Below are positions 19,356-27,865 of a stretch of DNA of 36,599 nt, piece by piece; positions within the stretch are counted from its first letter, which is position 1; each line of letters begins with the position of its first letter. Origin of the DNA: an uncultured Clostridia bacterium (GTDB taxonomy: Bacteria; Bacillota; Clostridia; RGIG6154); contig CALXJH010000038.1 of the NCBI GenBank assembly GCA_944388555.1, positions 1-36,599 on the forward strand, written 5' to 3'. The translations under genes were made by a program, and so were the position numbers. The notes under the pieces were generated by a model. The model was not told the origin of the DNA. It ran no database searches and saw nothing but the letters and a program-made list of their open reading frames with translations.

Positions 19356-19369
19356 AAAAGCAAAATTTT

Positions 19370-20209
19370 TTAAAATATGCGCTTCATTACATTACTTCTA
19401 TTTAGTTTTAAAATAGAAATCGTTGCCGCTCCAGAGCGATTTTCTACATTGCTGTTATAAGTGAGCGTAAAATTTGTCTGCGCAGGCACATAAATGATGA
19501 TTGCGTTTGCGCCCCAAGCACTTGATGCGTTTGTATTTGTTTTAAAATATATGCCGTTCTCTAAATGCGCAGTTCCATTATATGAAGGTGTAATTTGCAT
19601 ATAGCCGGCAGTGTCTAAAACTGTTGAGACGCTGTAATCTATAAAATAATATCCAGGTTGTAAAACAATTTCTGTATTATTTGTAAGAACAATATTTCCA
19701 CTTGGGTCATTTATATCTGTTATAAAAGGTATTGATTGGGCATTTGTAAACCGAATCTCAAAAATTCCAAAAGACGCAAAGGTTTCTATGCCCGGTTCTC
19801 CCTGCGGGCCTTGCGGCCCCTGTTCTCCTTGGGGGCCCTGCGGGCCTTGTTCTCCTTGGGGGCCCTGCGGACCTTGTTCTCCCTGGGGACCTTGCGGCCC
19901 CGGTTCTCCCTGCGGGCCTCGCGGCCCCTGTTCTCCTTGGGGACCTTGTGGTCCCTGTTCTCCCTGGGGACCTTGTGGTCCCTGTTCTCCTTGGGGGCCC
20001 TGCGGGCCTTGTTCTCCCTGGGGACCTTGTGGTCCCTGTTCTCCCTGGGGGCCCTGCGGGCCTTGCGGTCCCTGTTCCCCCTGTGGACCTTGCGGCCCTT
20101 GACAGCAACAGCATTTCTTATTTGTGCTGCCGTCTATATTGCAAAACCATATTGGTTTGTTAAATAACTTTACTTTTTTCATTTTATTATTTATACACTC
20201 CATTACCAT
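19370..20209 (-). CDS. Collagen-like triple-helix repeat protein with a BclA-type (C1q/TNF-like) C-terminal domain
   Basis: 34 uninterrupted G-X-Y triplets (GPQGPQGEQ units) preceded by KKCCCC. A 139-aa beta-rich C-terminal domain follows, with the pattern of exosporium BclA C-terminal domains. The ATG at 20182 (MKKVKLF) is an alternative start. Confidence 0.85.
   Translation of the reverse strand: MVMECINNKMKKVKLFNKPIWFCNIDGSTNKKCCCCQGPQGPQGEQGPQGPQGPQGEQGPQGPQGEQGPQGPQGEQGPQGPQGEQGPQGPQGEQGPRGPQGEPGPQGPQGEQGPQGPQGEQGPQGPQGEQGPQGPQGEPGIETFASFGIFEIRFTNAQSIPFITDINDPSGNIVLTNNTEIVLQPGYYFIDYSVSTVLDTAGYMQITPSYNGTAHLENGIYFKTNTNASSAWGANAIIIYVPAQTNFTLTYNSNVENRSGAATISILKLNRSNVMKRIF
19793..20098 (-). 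repeat. 27-nt (9-aa) tandem repeat array encoding the collagen-like region
   Basis: GGNCCNCAR/GGNGARCAR units are visible directly in the sequence. The region is GC-rich relative to its surroundings, and all other frames are open as an artefact. Confidence 0.9.
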
Positions 20210-20588
20210 TATTTATATAATAGAGTATGCATTAAAAAGAAAAATAGTTCGTTTTTCGAAATTCAAACAATTTTAACAGGTCTATTCATTGTCCAGATAA
20301 ACACAAACAATATATTCTATCCAGTTTTTTAATTTTTAAATATTTTTCCACATTATTGTATGCAAATTGCAAAACTTACCGGAAACGCTTCATTACTTCC
20401 AAAACCGACAACGCAAGCTGCGATTCTGTTAATACTTGCATGAAAAAACCAATGCCCTATACGTGCTTCTTTTGCTGATTCATATCCTGCACTCAATTTT
20501 GTATATTTCCTATTTTAATATTTGCAAAATTTTAGCCGCAAATATTTATCTCTCATGCTGGATACGCTCTTTTGTATCTGTTAAACCG

Positions 20589-21326
20589 CTATAAACTCCT
20601 ATATAAGTCATTTGAAACAGGTTCAAGCCATTCGGTATATGTATCTGTTCCGGGACATTCGACTGCAAGATGACTGAACCAGCTGTCTGCTTTTGCTCCG
20701 TGCCAATGTTTTACACCCGCAGGAATTGTAACTGCATCCCCTGCCTTGAGGCTTTGCGCCGTCTTGCCTTCTTCCTGATACCAGCCAAAGCCATCGGTAC
20801 ATAAAAGTATCTGACCACCGCCCTCGGCTGCGTGATGAATATGCCAATGATTACGGCATCCCGGCTCGAAAGTTACATTTGCAATGAATACCGTACTTTT
20901 AGGATCTGTTAGCGGCTTCAAGTAACTTTTTCCTACAAAATACTGCGCATATTCCGTATTTGGAGCCCCTGTACCAAATATACTGGTTTCTGCCTTTAGT
21001 TTATTTTCTTTATCATATACCGTCTTTGCCATGCGAAAAGCCGCCCATGCATTGGGCCAGCCGGCATAAAATGCAAGATGCGTTAGTATTTCTGCCATTT
21101 CCTCACCTGTAACACCATTTGCTTTTGCAGTCTGAAGATGATATTCAAAGGAAGCATCTATCATTCCCTTGCTGACCAGTGCAGTAATTGTAAGAATCGA
21201 CCGCATTTTAAGTGAAAGTTTCTCTTCTCTGGACCACACTTCTCCAAATAAAACATCATCATTTAACTTGGCAAACTCGGGTGCAAACGCTCCTAAACTA
21301 TCTCTGCCCGCTGTTTGTTTTATCAT
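20589..21326 (-). CDS. Carboxymuconolactone decarboxylase-family (AhpD-like) and cupin fusion protein
   Basis: The N-terminal half carries GEEMAEILTHLAFYAGWPNAWAAF (CMD family). The C-terminal half carries FEPGCRNHWHIHHAAEGGGQILLC...IPAGVKHWHGA (cupin His motifs). Confidence 0.85.
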   Translation of the reverse strand: MIKQTAGRDSLGAFAPEFAKLNDDVLFGEVWSREEKLSLKMRSILTITALVSKGMIDASFEYHLQTAKANGVTGEEMAEILTHLAFYAGWPNAWAAFRMAKTVYDKENKLKAETSIFGTGAPNTEYAQYFVGKSYLKPLTDPKSTVFIANVTFEPGCRNHWHIHHAAEGGGQILLCTDGFGWYQEEGKTAQSLKAGDAVTIPAGVKHWHGAKADSWFSHLAVECPGTDTYTEWLEPVSNDLYRSL

Positions 21327-21452
21327 ACTTTCTCCCCCTCACAAATAACATTTTTAGAATTGATATACCATTTTTTAGTGTTTTATCATTTTAAACCAGC
21401 GATTGCAATTGGCAAATTGCTGCGTTTTCTGTTTTGTTTCTTCTGTTTTTCC

Positions 21453-22634
21453 TTAACGATAAGACTTTTCAAATATTGCAGCACACTCTTCATCTGTCAT
21501 ACTACACGGATTGGCCAAAAACAAGCCGCCCATGGTCTGGCGCGCATTGATTGCAAGTGTCATACATTCTGTCTTTTCTATACCATAATCACTCATTTTT
21601 AAATCCGCTACATTGCACGCTTCTTGGAGCGCTGTCAGTGCTGTAATAAAATCCTCCGGCTTATTTGCATCCGCTATACCCATTGCACGCGCCATTTTAA
21701 TAAATTGTTGATCGCATGCATGCTTTTCGATAAAAAACGCAGCAAACGCTTTTGAAATCATAATCAGTCCGGCGCCATGCGGAAGATTGTGATGATACGC
21801 ACTCATTGCATGTTCCATAGAATGCTGTGCGGTTGTAGAGGTAAGTTGCATAGTCATTCCCGCTATTGTACTCCCATATGCAACATGTTCACGCGCTTCC
21901 AAATCATTCCCATTTTCGACAGCACGCGGCAAATATTTTGCAATATTTTCAATTGCAGACAACGCAAGCACTTCACTCATAATATTCACACCATTTGAAA
22001 TCATAACTTCGGTATTATGAAACAAGGCATCAAAACCTTGGCATGCGGTATATTTAGAAGGCACTGTTTTCATAAGTTCGGGATCAACAATAGATAATAC
22101 AGGAACCAAAGACGGATCACCAAACCCAATTTTTTCCTTAGTGGCAAGATTCGATATAACACCCCAGCAATTAATTTCTGAACCGGTCCCTGCAGTGGTT
22201 GCAATTGTAACAATTGGAAGTCCCTTGTGGACCAAAGCCTGCCCTTTGCCTGTGCCTCCATGTACATAATCCCATAAATCTCCCGGATTGGTTGCCATTG
22301 CAGAAATTGCTATAGCCGAATCCAGAACGGCGCCTCCGCCTAATGCAACAATAAAGTCGCAATGATTATCCTTTGCAAACGCCGCACCTTCCATAATCGC
22401 TTCTTTAAGTGGATTTTCCATAATCCCCGCCCAAACAACAGCCTGAACATTGGCTTTCGAAAGCTGCTGCAAGGTGCGGTCAAGATACCCGTTTTCTTTT
22501 GTAGATTTTCCGTTAGAAATTAAAACCATCGCTTTTTTTCCTGGCAGTTGCTGACTGCCCAATGTGTCTAAACTTCCGGATCCAAAAATTAAATTTGTCG
22601 GATTGTAAAAATTAAACTTCATCATACTTTTCAT
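21453..22634 (-). CDS. Iron-containing (group III) alcohol dehydrogenase
   Basis: 393 aa. Motifs present: FYNPTNLIFGSGS, IVALGGGAVLDSAIAI, and His-rich metal-site motifs (HNTE..., HSMEHAMSAYHHNLPHG). Confidence 0.92.
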   Translation of the reverse strand: MKSMMKFNFYNPTNLIFGSGSLDTLGSQQLPGKKAMVLISNGKSTKENGYLDRTLQQLSKANVQAVVWAGIMENPLKEAIMEGAAFAKDNHCDFIVALGGGAVLDSAIAISAMATNPGDLWDYVHGGTGKGQALVHKGLPIVTIATTAGTGSEINCWGVISNLATKEKIGFGDPSLVPVLSIVDPELMKTVPSKYTACQGFDALFHNTEVMISNGVNIMSEVLALSAIENIAKYLPRAVENGNDLEAREHVAYGSTIAGMTMQLTSTTAQHSMEHAMSAYHHNLPHGAGLIMISKAFAAFFIEKHACDQQFIKMARAMGIADANKPEDFITALTALQEACNVADLKMSDYGIEKTECMTLAINARQTMGGLFLANPCSMTDEECAAIFEKSYR

Positions 22635-22646
22635 TTCCTTTCTTCT

Positions 22647-23201
22647 TTAAATTTTCTTTATCACTTTTGCTGGCACCCCCGCAGCAATGACATTGGGCGG
22701 TATATCTTTCGTAACCACAGCACCTGCTGCAATTATAGAATTTTCCCCTATGGTTACGCCGGGTGTCACCGTTGCGCCTGCACCTATCCAAACATTCTTG
22801 CAAATATAAATGGGTTTTGATTCTGTATCTCGTCGATTCTTTGGAGAAATACTGTGATTTATAGTAATCAGATTTACCCGGGGTGCAATGAGCACCTTGT
22901 CCTCTAACGTAATTTCGCCCCTGTCCATAAACGTACAGTTCTGGTTAATGAAGACGTCTTTGCCTACAGTAATATTTCTTCCGAAGTCTGTATAAAAAGG
23001 CGGCAGCAACTCAAAGCTTGCATCTATTTCTTTTTGTGTTAATTTTGCAAAAAGCCTTCTTACTTCTTCGGGCTCATGATAAACATGGTTCAGCTCTGCC
23101 AATAGTTTTTGTGTTTCATTTATAACTGCATTTATTTTATAAAACTCTGGATCGTGGATGGATATCGCTTCTCCTGCCCGATCTCTATCAAAAATATTCA
23201 T
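22647..23201 (-). CDS. Maltose/galactoside-type sugar O-acetyltransferase (left-handed beta-helix)
   Basis: Hexapeptide repeats and the typical tail IGAGATVTPGVTIGENSIIAAGAVVTKDIPPNVIAAGVPAKVI. I prefer the ATG at 23201, which sits 6 nt after GGGAGG, over the ORF-track start at 23240 that overlaps the upstream gene. Confidence 0.88.
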   Translation of the reverse strand: MNIFDRDRAGEAISIHDPEFYKINAVINETQKLLAELNHVYHEPEEVRRLFAKLTQKEIDASFELLPPFYTDFGRNITVGKDVFINQNCTFMDRGEITLEDKVLIAPRVNLITINHSISPKNRRDTESKPIYICKNVWIGAGATVTPGVTIGENSIIAAGAVVTKDIPPNVIAAGVPAKVIKKI

Positions 23202-23217
23202 AAAATTCCTCCCATTT

Positions 23218-24735
23218 TTAATACCAATCATGCTTCTCATTTCTGTCTAAGGCATTGATTTTCTCCATCTCTTCATCTGTCAAATGAAAATGATATAACG
23301 TATTGTTTTCAAGAATATGCTCTGGATTGCTGGATCCCGGAATCACAACTACTCCTTTTTGCAAATTCCATCTTAATATTACCTGGGCAGAAGAAACGCC
23401 ATGTGCCTGTGCGATCTGCATGATCACAGGATCTGATAATAATTCTGCAGTGTGTCCTCTTCCGCCAAGCGGATACCATCCTTGTACGGTTATGTCTTTA
23501 CTCTGAATATATGGAATGACATCGTTTTCCTGATAATAAGGATGTATCTCATTTTGCACAAGCGCCGGCTTAATATCCACTTGCGGCAAAAACGCTTCCA
23601 GTTCTTCTACATACCAGTTAGAAAGTCCGATAGAATGAATTTTTCCTTCTTGCACAAATTTTTCCATTGCTTTATATGCTTTTACATCATTTGGATCAGG
23701 ATGATGCAAAAGCATCATGTCTACATATCCGATATTCAAGCGATCAATGCACGCCTGTATGGCTTTTTCCGGATTTGCCATCTCGCTGCCCGGATATATT
23801 TTCGTTATAACAAAAATTTCTTCCCGCTTTATTCCATACTCCTCCATGGCTTCACGGACTGCTTGACCGACTTGCGCTTCATTTCCATATGCCGACGCAG
23901 TATCAATTAACCGAACGCCGCAGGCCAATGCCGCTTTTACAGAATTTATACACGTATCTCCGTGCAGACTATAGGTTCCAAGTCCATTGATTGGCATTTC
24001 ATGCCCACTGTTTAACAATACACGTCTGGTATTAAAATTAAATTTGCCGGGATTTTGTTCCTGTAAATCTTCAGTACAGGAAAATGTTACTGTAACATTT
24101 CCGTCCCCTAATATTGCTTTCAGTTCATCTTGTGTTACATCATCTATCTTTCCAAGCGAAGTCAGACTCCAACGGTTGGTATCATAATATATTGTAATTT
24201 GATTCCCCTGATATAAAATCAAGTCTCCAGGCTGGGTTGTCATTTGCATATTATTTTGCGGCAAATCCACCCCAAGACTTCCTACTTTCTCAAAATTGCT
24301 ATAATCCCGCATTTGTATAGTAACAGGCCCCTCTTTTAATAACGCAAGGAAAGCCTCTGCTGACGAATTTTCTGACAAAGTTGCCGTAAGGATATGCCCG
24401 TTTACCTCTAATTTAATTTTGTTTTTCATACTTTCACTCTTTTCTGAAACAGCCGTCAATGTGCTGTGATCCCATAAAAACATTTTTGTTGTATCTGCAT
24501 TTTCCATCTCTTTTGAAATATCCATTATTATTGTTTTACTGCCTCTTACTATGCGCACATCTGACAAACTACTGCCTTTATAAAACAGCGCTATCAGCAT
24601 ACTGTTCTCCGGCGCATTCATTACAATTACTTGATTGTCTTGCATTGTAAGACTCATCTCGGTGTCTGCCTTGACAGGCAGCATAAAAAATACGCTCAGC
24701 AAAAGGATCAATATAAACAAACAGCGTGTTTTCAT
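23218..24735 (-). CDS. Signal-peptide-bearing fusion: N-terminal beta domain, cyclophilin-like domain and aldo/keto reductase
   Basis: - Signal peptide MKTRCLFILILLLSVFFMLPVKA.
- Cyclophilin-like module: KIKLEVNGHILTATLSENSSAEAFLALLKEGPVTIQMRDYSNFEKVG...GDLILYQGNQITIYY.
- The AKR catalytic residues are present: LIDTASAYGNE, VITKI and MLLHHP. Confidence 0.85.
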   Translation of the reverse strand: MKTRCLFILILLLSVFFMLPVKADTEMSLTMQDNQVIVMNAPENSMLIALFYKGSSLSDVRIVRGSKTIIMDISKEMENADTTKMFLWDHSTLTAVSEKSESMKNKIKLEVNGHILTATLSENSSAEAFLALLKEGPVTIQMRDYSNFEKVGSLGVDLPQNNMQMTTQPGDLILYQGNQITIYYDTNRWSLTSLGKIDDVTQDELKAILGDGNVTVTFSCTEDLQEQNPGKFNFNTRRVLLNSGHEMPINGLGTYSLHGDTCINSVKAALACGVRLIDTASAYGNEAQVGQAVREAMEEYGIKREEIFVITKIYPGSEMANPEKAIQACIDRLNIGYVDMMLLHHPDPNDVKAYKAMEKFVQEGKIHSIGLSNWYVEELEAFLPQVDIKPALVQNEIHPYYQENDVIPYIQSKDITVQGWYPLGGRGHTAELLSDPVIMQIAQAHGVSSAQVILRWNLQKGVVVIPGSSNPEHILENNTLYHFHLTDEEMEKINALDRNEKHDWY

Positions 24736-24749
24736 TGCACTTTTCCCCC

Positions 24750-25766
24750 TTATTTGTCTGCTTTCGCCAAAATCCAGCCTTGGATTTCTTCCGGATTTAC
24801 CGCACCATTGCTTCTGTATCCTGCTTTAACATCCGCTTTTGGACAATATGTTTGTATGGCTGAAACCGAACTGGATATGCCGCTGCTGTGCGAAGTACAA
24901 AACGGCATAACGGCTTTGCCTGACAAATCGTATGTGTCCATGAATGTTTGAATAATCCTGGGAATGGTTCCCCACCATATGGGATAACCGATATAAACAG
25001 TATTGTATCCTGACAGATCTATTTTTTCCCCCGCTATTTGCGGCCGTGCATTGTTGTCATTTTGTTCTCTGTTTGCACGGCAATCAGGATCGCTGTAATC
25101 AATGTCTTCTGCAGAGTAAGGCGTCTCGGGTATAATTTCATAAATATCAGCTTGCGCCATCTCTGCTATTTTTAAAGCCAGCTGCCTGGTTGTACCAGTT
25201 TGTGAAAAATAAACAACGATTGCATCCTTCTTGCCAGAAGATGTTTGCATCTGTTCCTGGTTAACGTTCGCTTGCTCTTTTGCTGATTGCGGTAATAACG
25301 TAACGGTCTGCGTTGCTTCGTCCCAATTTACTGTATATCCAAACCCTTCCGCAACAAAACGAATCGGAAGCATCGTCCGCTCATTTCTGGTAACCGGTAC
25401 ACTATCTAATGTATATTCATCTTCATTTACATAAGCCGTATTACGCCCGATTGTTAGAATCACAGCATTTTCACCTTTCACCAAGATTGCCGTCTGCGTT
25501 TCTTCCTGCCACGCTACGGCGCCCCCCATCGCTTCTACAACTGCTCTTACCGGAAGCAGCGTTCTGTCATTTTCTAAGATTGGCACTGTACCGCGTCCTG
25601 GATCAATTTCTTGTGCAGTGCCATTTACAGTCATCATCTCATTTCCAATTTGAAGAGTAATCACCGGATCGTTTTCGCTTTCCTCTTTCCACGGCGCTGC
25701 GCTGCAGCCCATAGCAAGACAAACAGCCAAAATGATTGCGATGTATATCATCCATATCTTTCTCAT
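24750..25766 (-). CDS. Probable lipoprotein: two copper-amine-oxidase-N-like (stalk) repeats fused to a flavodoxin-like domain
   Basis: - AGGAGG RBS.
- Lipobox-like signal: MRKIWMIYIAIILAVCLAMGC.
- Two stalk repeats (NDRTLLPVRAVVEAMGGAVAWQ, NERTMLPIRFVAEGFGYTVNWD).
- Flavodoxin loop: VVYFSQTGTTRQLA...YIGYPIWWGTIP. Confidence 0.85.
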   Translation of the reverse strand: MRKIWMIYIAIILAVCLAMGCSAAPWKEESENDPVITLQIGNEMMTVNGTAQEIDPGRGTVPILENDRTLLPVRAVVEAMGGAVAWQEETQTAILVKGENAVILTIGRNTAYVNEDEYTLDSVPVTRNERTMLPIRFVAEGFGYTVNWDEATQTVTLLPQSAKEQANVNQEQMQTSSGKKDAIVVYFSQTGTTRQLALKIAEMAQADIYEIIPETPYSAEDIDYSDPDCRANREQNDNNARPQIAGEKIDLSGYNTVYIGYPIWWGTIPRIIQTFMDTYDLSGKAVMPFCTSHSSGISSSVSAIQTYCPKADVKAGYRSNGAVNPEEIQGWILAKADK

Positions 25767-25895
25767 CTAAAAATTCCTCCTTCTCTCTCAATATATTTAT
25801 ACATCTGCCTATAAAACGCTTACAGGCTATGTATAATTATACGCCTGTTTATCATAAAGTCCTTGCAGGACTAACTTTCTACCACTTAAATACGA

Positions 25896-26129
25896 TTATT
25901 TTTCAGCTGATTTTTCTTTCAATTCGACAATAAGATAATCCAAGCAATCAATTTCACGCTGTTGTTTATGTAACATTTCTAAAAGGGTTCTTCTGTGTCT
26001 GCGCAAAAGAGTCAATTGCTGGTCAAGACTTTCCGTTTCGCCCAATGCAAAAAAATCCGTAATCGTTTTGGTATTACATCCAGCGTCTACTAAGTTTTGC
26101 CTTACTTTCTCTATTCTGCTGTTGCCCAA
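25896..26129 (-). CDS. Small (77 aa) protein of unknown function with helical, MerR C-terminal-like character
   Basis: TTG start 8 nt after AGGAGG. It is co-directional with, and immediately upstream of, the flavodoxin operon and divergent from the LysR gene. No family was recognised with confidence. Confidence 0.6.
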   Translation of the reverse strand: MGNSRIEKVRQNLVDAGCNTKTITDFFALGETESLDQQLTLLRRHRRTLLEMLHKQQREIDCLDYLIVELKEKSAEK

Positions 26130-26317
26130 TGTTTTCCCCTCCTGAATCCTGTCTTACATTTTCATTATAATATCTAACAAAACAAATGTAAAATACTTTT
26201 CTTAAATGTCTAATCATTCATTTTAGCTATAATAAGCAAAAAAATACACATTTATTATGCTTGATTGTTATAGAAAAATCTGTTATACTAAGGAAAATAA
26301 ATAGTCGTAGGAGAAAG

Positions 26318-27208
26318 ATGATTATGGAACTTCGTGTTTTACGTTATTTTCTGGCTGTAGCAAGGGAAGAAAATATCACAGCTGCCGCAAATTTTCTGCA
26401 CCTGTCACAGCCGACACTTTCCCGGCAGCTGATAGAATTAGAGGCGGAAATAGGGAAAAAATTGATGATTCGCGGCAAACGGAAAATTGTGCTTACAGAT
26501 GAAGGGCAGCTGCTTCGCAAGCGTGCGGAAGAACTAATTGCACTTGCAGATAAGACAGAAGCCGAACTGATTTTTTCGAATTCTGAAATCGGCGGCGCTA
26601 TTTATATCGGAGGCGGAGAAGCAGATGCTGTACGGCTGATCGCAAAACTTGCTAAAGATATCCAGGCAGAATATCCATCCATTTCTTATCATTTAACCAG
26701 CGGGGATGCAGATGATTTGAAAGAAAAATTAGATAAAGGATTACTTGATTTTGGAATTTTTGTAGAACCGGCAGACATCACAAAATATGAATTTATCCGT
26801 CTTCCCTCAACAGAACACTGGGGCATTATTGCCTTAAAAGACAGTTTGCTTGCCGAAAAAAAAGTGATAACGCCGGAGGATTTATGGAATGTTCCGTTAA
26901 TTATCTCAAGGCAAACTACCCAAGATAAGTTGATTCAGAAATGGATGCAGCGCGATATTTCTCAGTTAAATATTGCGGCAACATATAATCTTTTTTATAA
27001 TGCAGCTTTAATGGTTGAAGAAGGTGTTGGTTACATGCTTGCTCTGGATAAACTTGCGAATACGGCAGATAGCAGCAACTTGCGTTTTATACCGTTAGAC
27101 ATTGACTATGAAATACATTTTGATCTGGTATGGAAAAAATATCAGAGATTCTCTAAACCCGCTGAATTGTTTCTTTCAAAAGCAAAAGAACGTTTTAATA
27201 GCTTATAA
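26318..27208 (+). CDS. LysR-family transcriptional regulator
   Basis: MELRVLRYFLAVAREENITAAANFLHLSQPTLSRQLIELE is the canonical LysR HTH. The start is placed at the ATG at 26318 (or 26324) after a GGAG RBS, not at 26261. Confidence 0.92.
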   Translation: MIMELRVLRYFLAVAREENITAAANFLHLSQPTLSRQLIELEAEIGKKLMIRGKRKIVLTDEGQLLRKRAEELIALADKTEAELIFSNSEIGGAIYIGGGEADAVRLIAKLAKDIQAEYPSISYHLTSGDADDLKEKLDKGLLDFGIFVEPADITKYEFIRLPSTEHWGIIALKDSLLAEKKVITPEDLWNVPLIISRQTTQDKLIQKWMQRDISQLNIAATYNLFYNAALMVEEGVGYMLALDKLANTADSSNLRFIPLDIDYEIHFDLVWKKYQRFSKPAELFLSKAKERFNSL

Positions 27209-27319
27209 GATTTGATCAAAACCTCTTATCGTAAAAATTCATGCACGTATCTGCTATAAAATTTATCTTATAAATACGGAAGCTGTTTTCATGTCTGACA
27301 AGCCAAATATTGTTTAAAC

Positions 27320-27360
27320 AAAACCGGCTTGGAATCTAAATTGATTTCCAAGCCGGTTTT
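27320..27360. terminator. Bidirectional terminator between the LysR gene and the catalase fragment
   Basis: aaaaccggcttggaa (27320-27334) pairs with ttccaagccggtttt (27346-27360). Confidence 0.8.
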
Positions 27361-27365
27361 TTATT

Positions 27366-27758
27366 TTAATAAAACTTTTTCTCGTCTTTTAACATATTCA
27401 GCTGATTCATAATTTCTCCGAAACGCTGGAAATGTACAATCTCACGTTCCCGTAAAAAACGCAGCGGATCAATAACATCCGGATCATCTGCAAGATCCAA
27501 TAAATATTCATACGTCGATCTTGCTTTTTGTTCCGCTGCCATATCTTCTGCGATATCCGTAATGGGATCACCTTTTGATTGAAGTGCCAGCGCATTAAAC
27601 GGCATTCCGCCAGGTGACATCGGATATACACCTAAGCCATGATCTACATACATAGGTCCGTATTCACGCATTATCTCTGCATCAGAAGCGCCCCTTAAAA
27701 GCTGTCTTACCATTGTGCCGACAATTTCCATATGTGCCAATTCTTCTGTACCATCACC
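27366..27758 (-). pseudogene. cotJC: 3' segment (C-terminal ~130 codons) of a split cotJC-type manganese catalase gene
   Basis: Reads GDGTEE-LAHMEIVGTMV...KGDPITDIAEDMAAEQKARSTYEYLL...LRFLREREIVHFQRF...KDEKKFY. It has no plausible native start. The frame is closed by TAA at 27759-27761, immediately upstream of the conserved GTEE. It matches the C-terminal two thirds of CotJC/Mn catalases, including three metal ligands. Confidence 0.85.
27741..27752. repeat. Left copy of a 12-bp direct repeat (ttcttcTgtacc); candidate att core of the intervening element
   Basis: Identical at 11 of 12 positions to 31601-31612. Both copies encode G-T-E-E on the minus strand. Confidence 0.7.
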
Positions 27759-27805
27759 TTATCATTTATCAAGTCTAAAACGCCTTGTTAAAAACAGTTT
27801 ATTTG

Positions 27806-27840
27806 TAAAACAAAAGCAGCAGGAAACTCAATTCCTGCCG
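27806..27840 (-). terminator. Terminator of the beta-helix gene, just inside the left end of the element
   Basis: Stem gcaggaa (27819-27825) pairs with ttcctgc (27832-27838). The minus strand continues with TTTTGTTTTA. Confidence 0.65.
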
Positions 27841-27865
27841 CCGTTATATTTGCTGTATTGGGCGA

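Noticed and set aside
19736-20167. Four overlapping ORFs (Pro/Arg/Ser/Leu-rich) across the collagen-like repeat
   Set aside because: They are alternative frames of a GC-rich triplet repeat. Only the G-X-Y frame continues into a structured C-terminal domain.
27366-27740. Reading the 124-aa ORF as an intact small gene
   Set aside because: Its TTG start falls inside the conserved EELAHME motif of Mn catalases. Homology continues upstream to a TAA at 27759, there is no RBS, and the missing N-proximal part is found 3.86 kb away.
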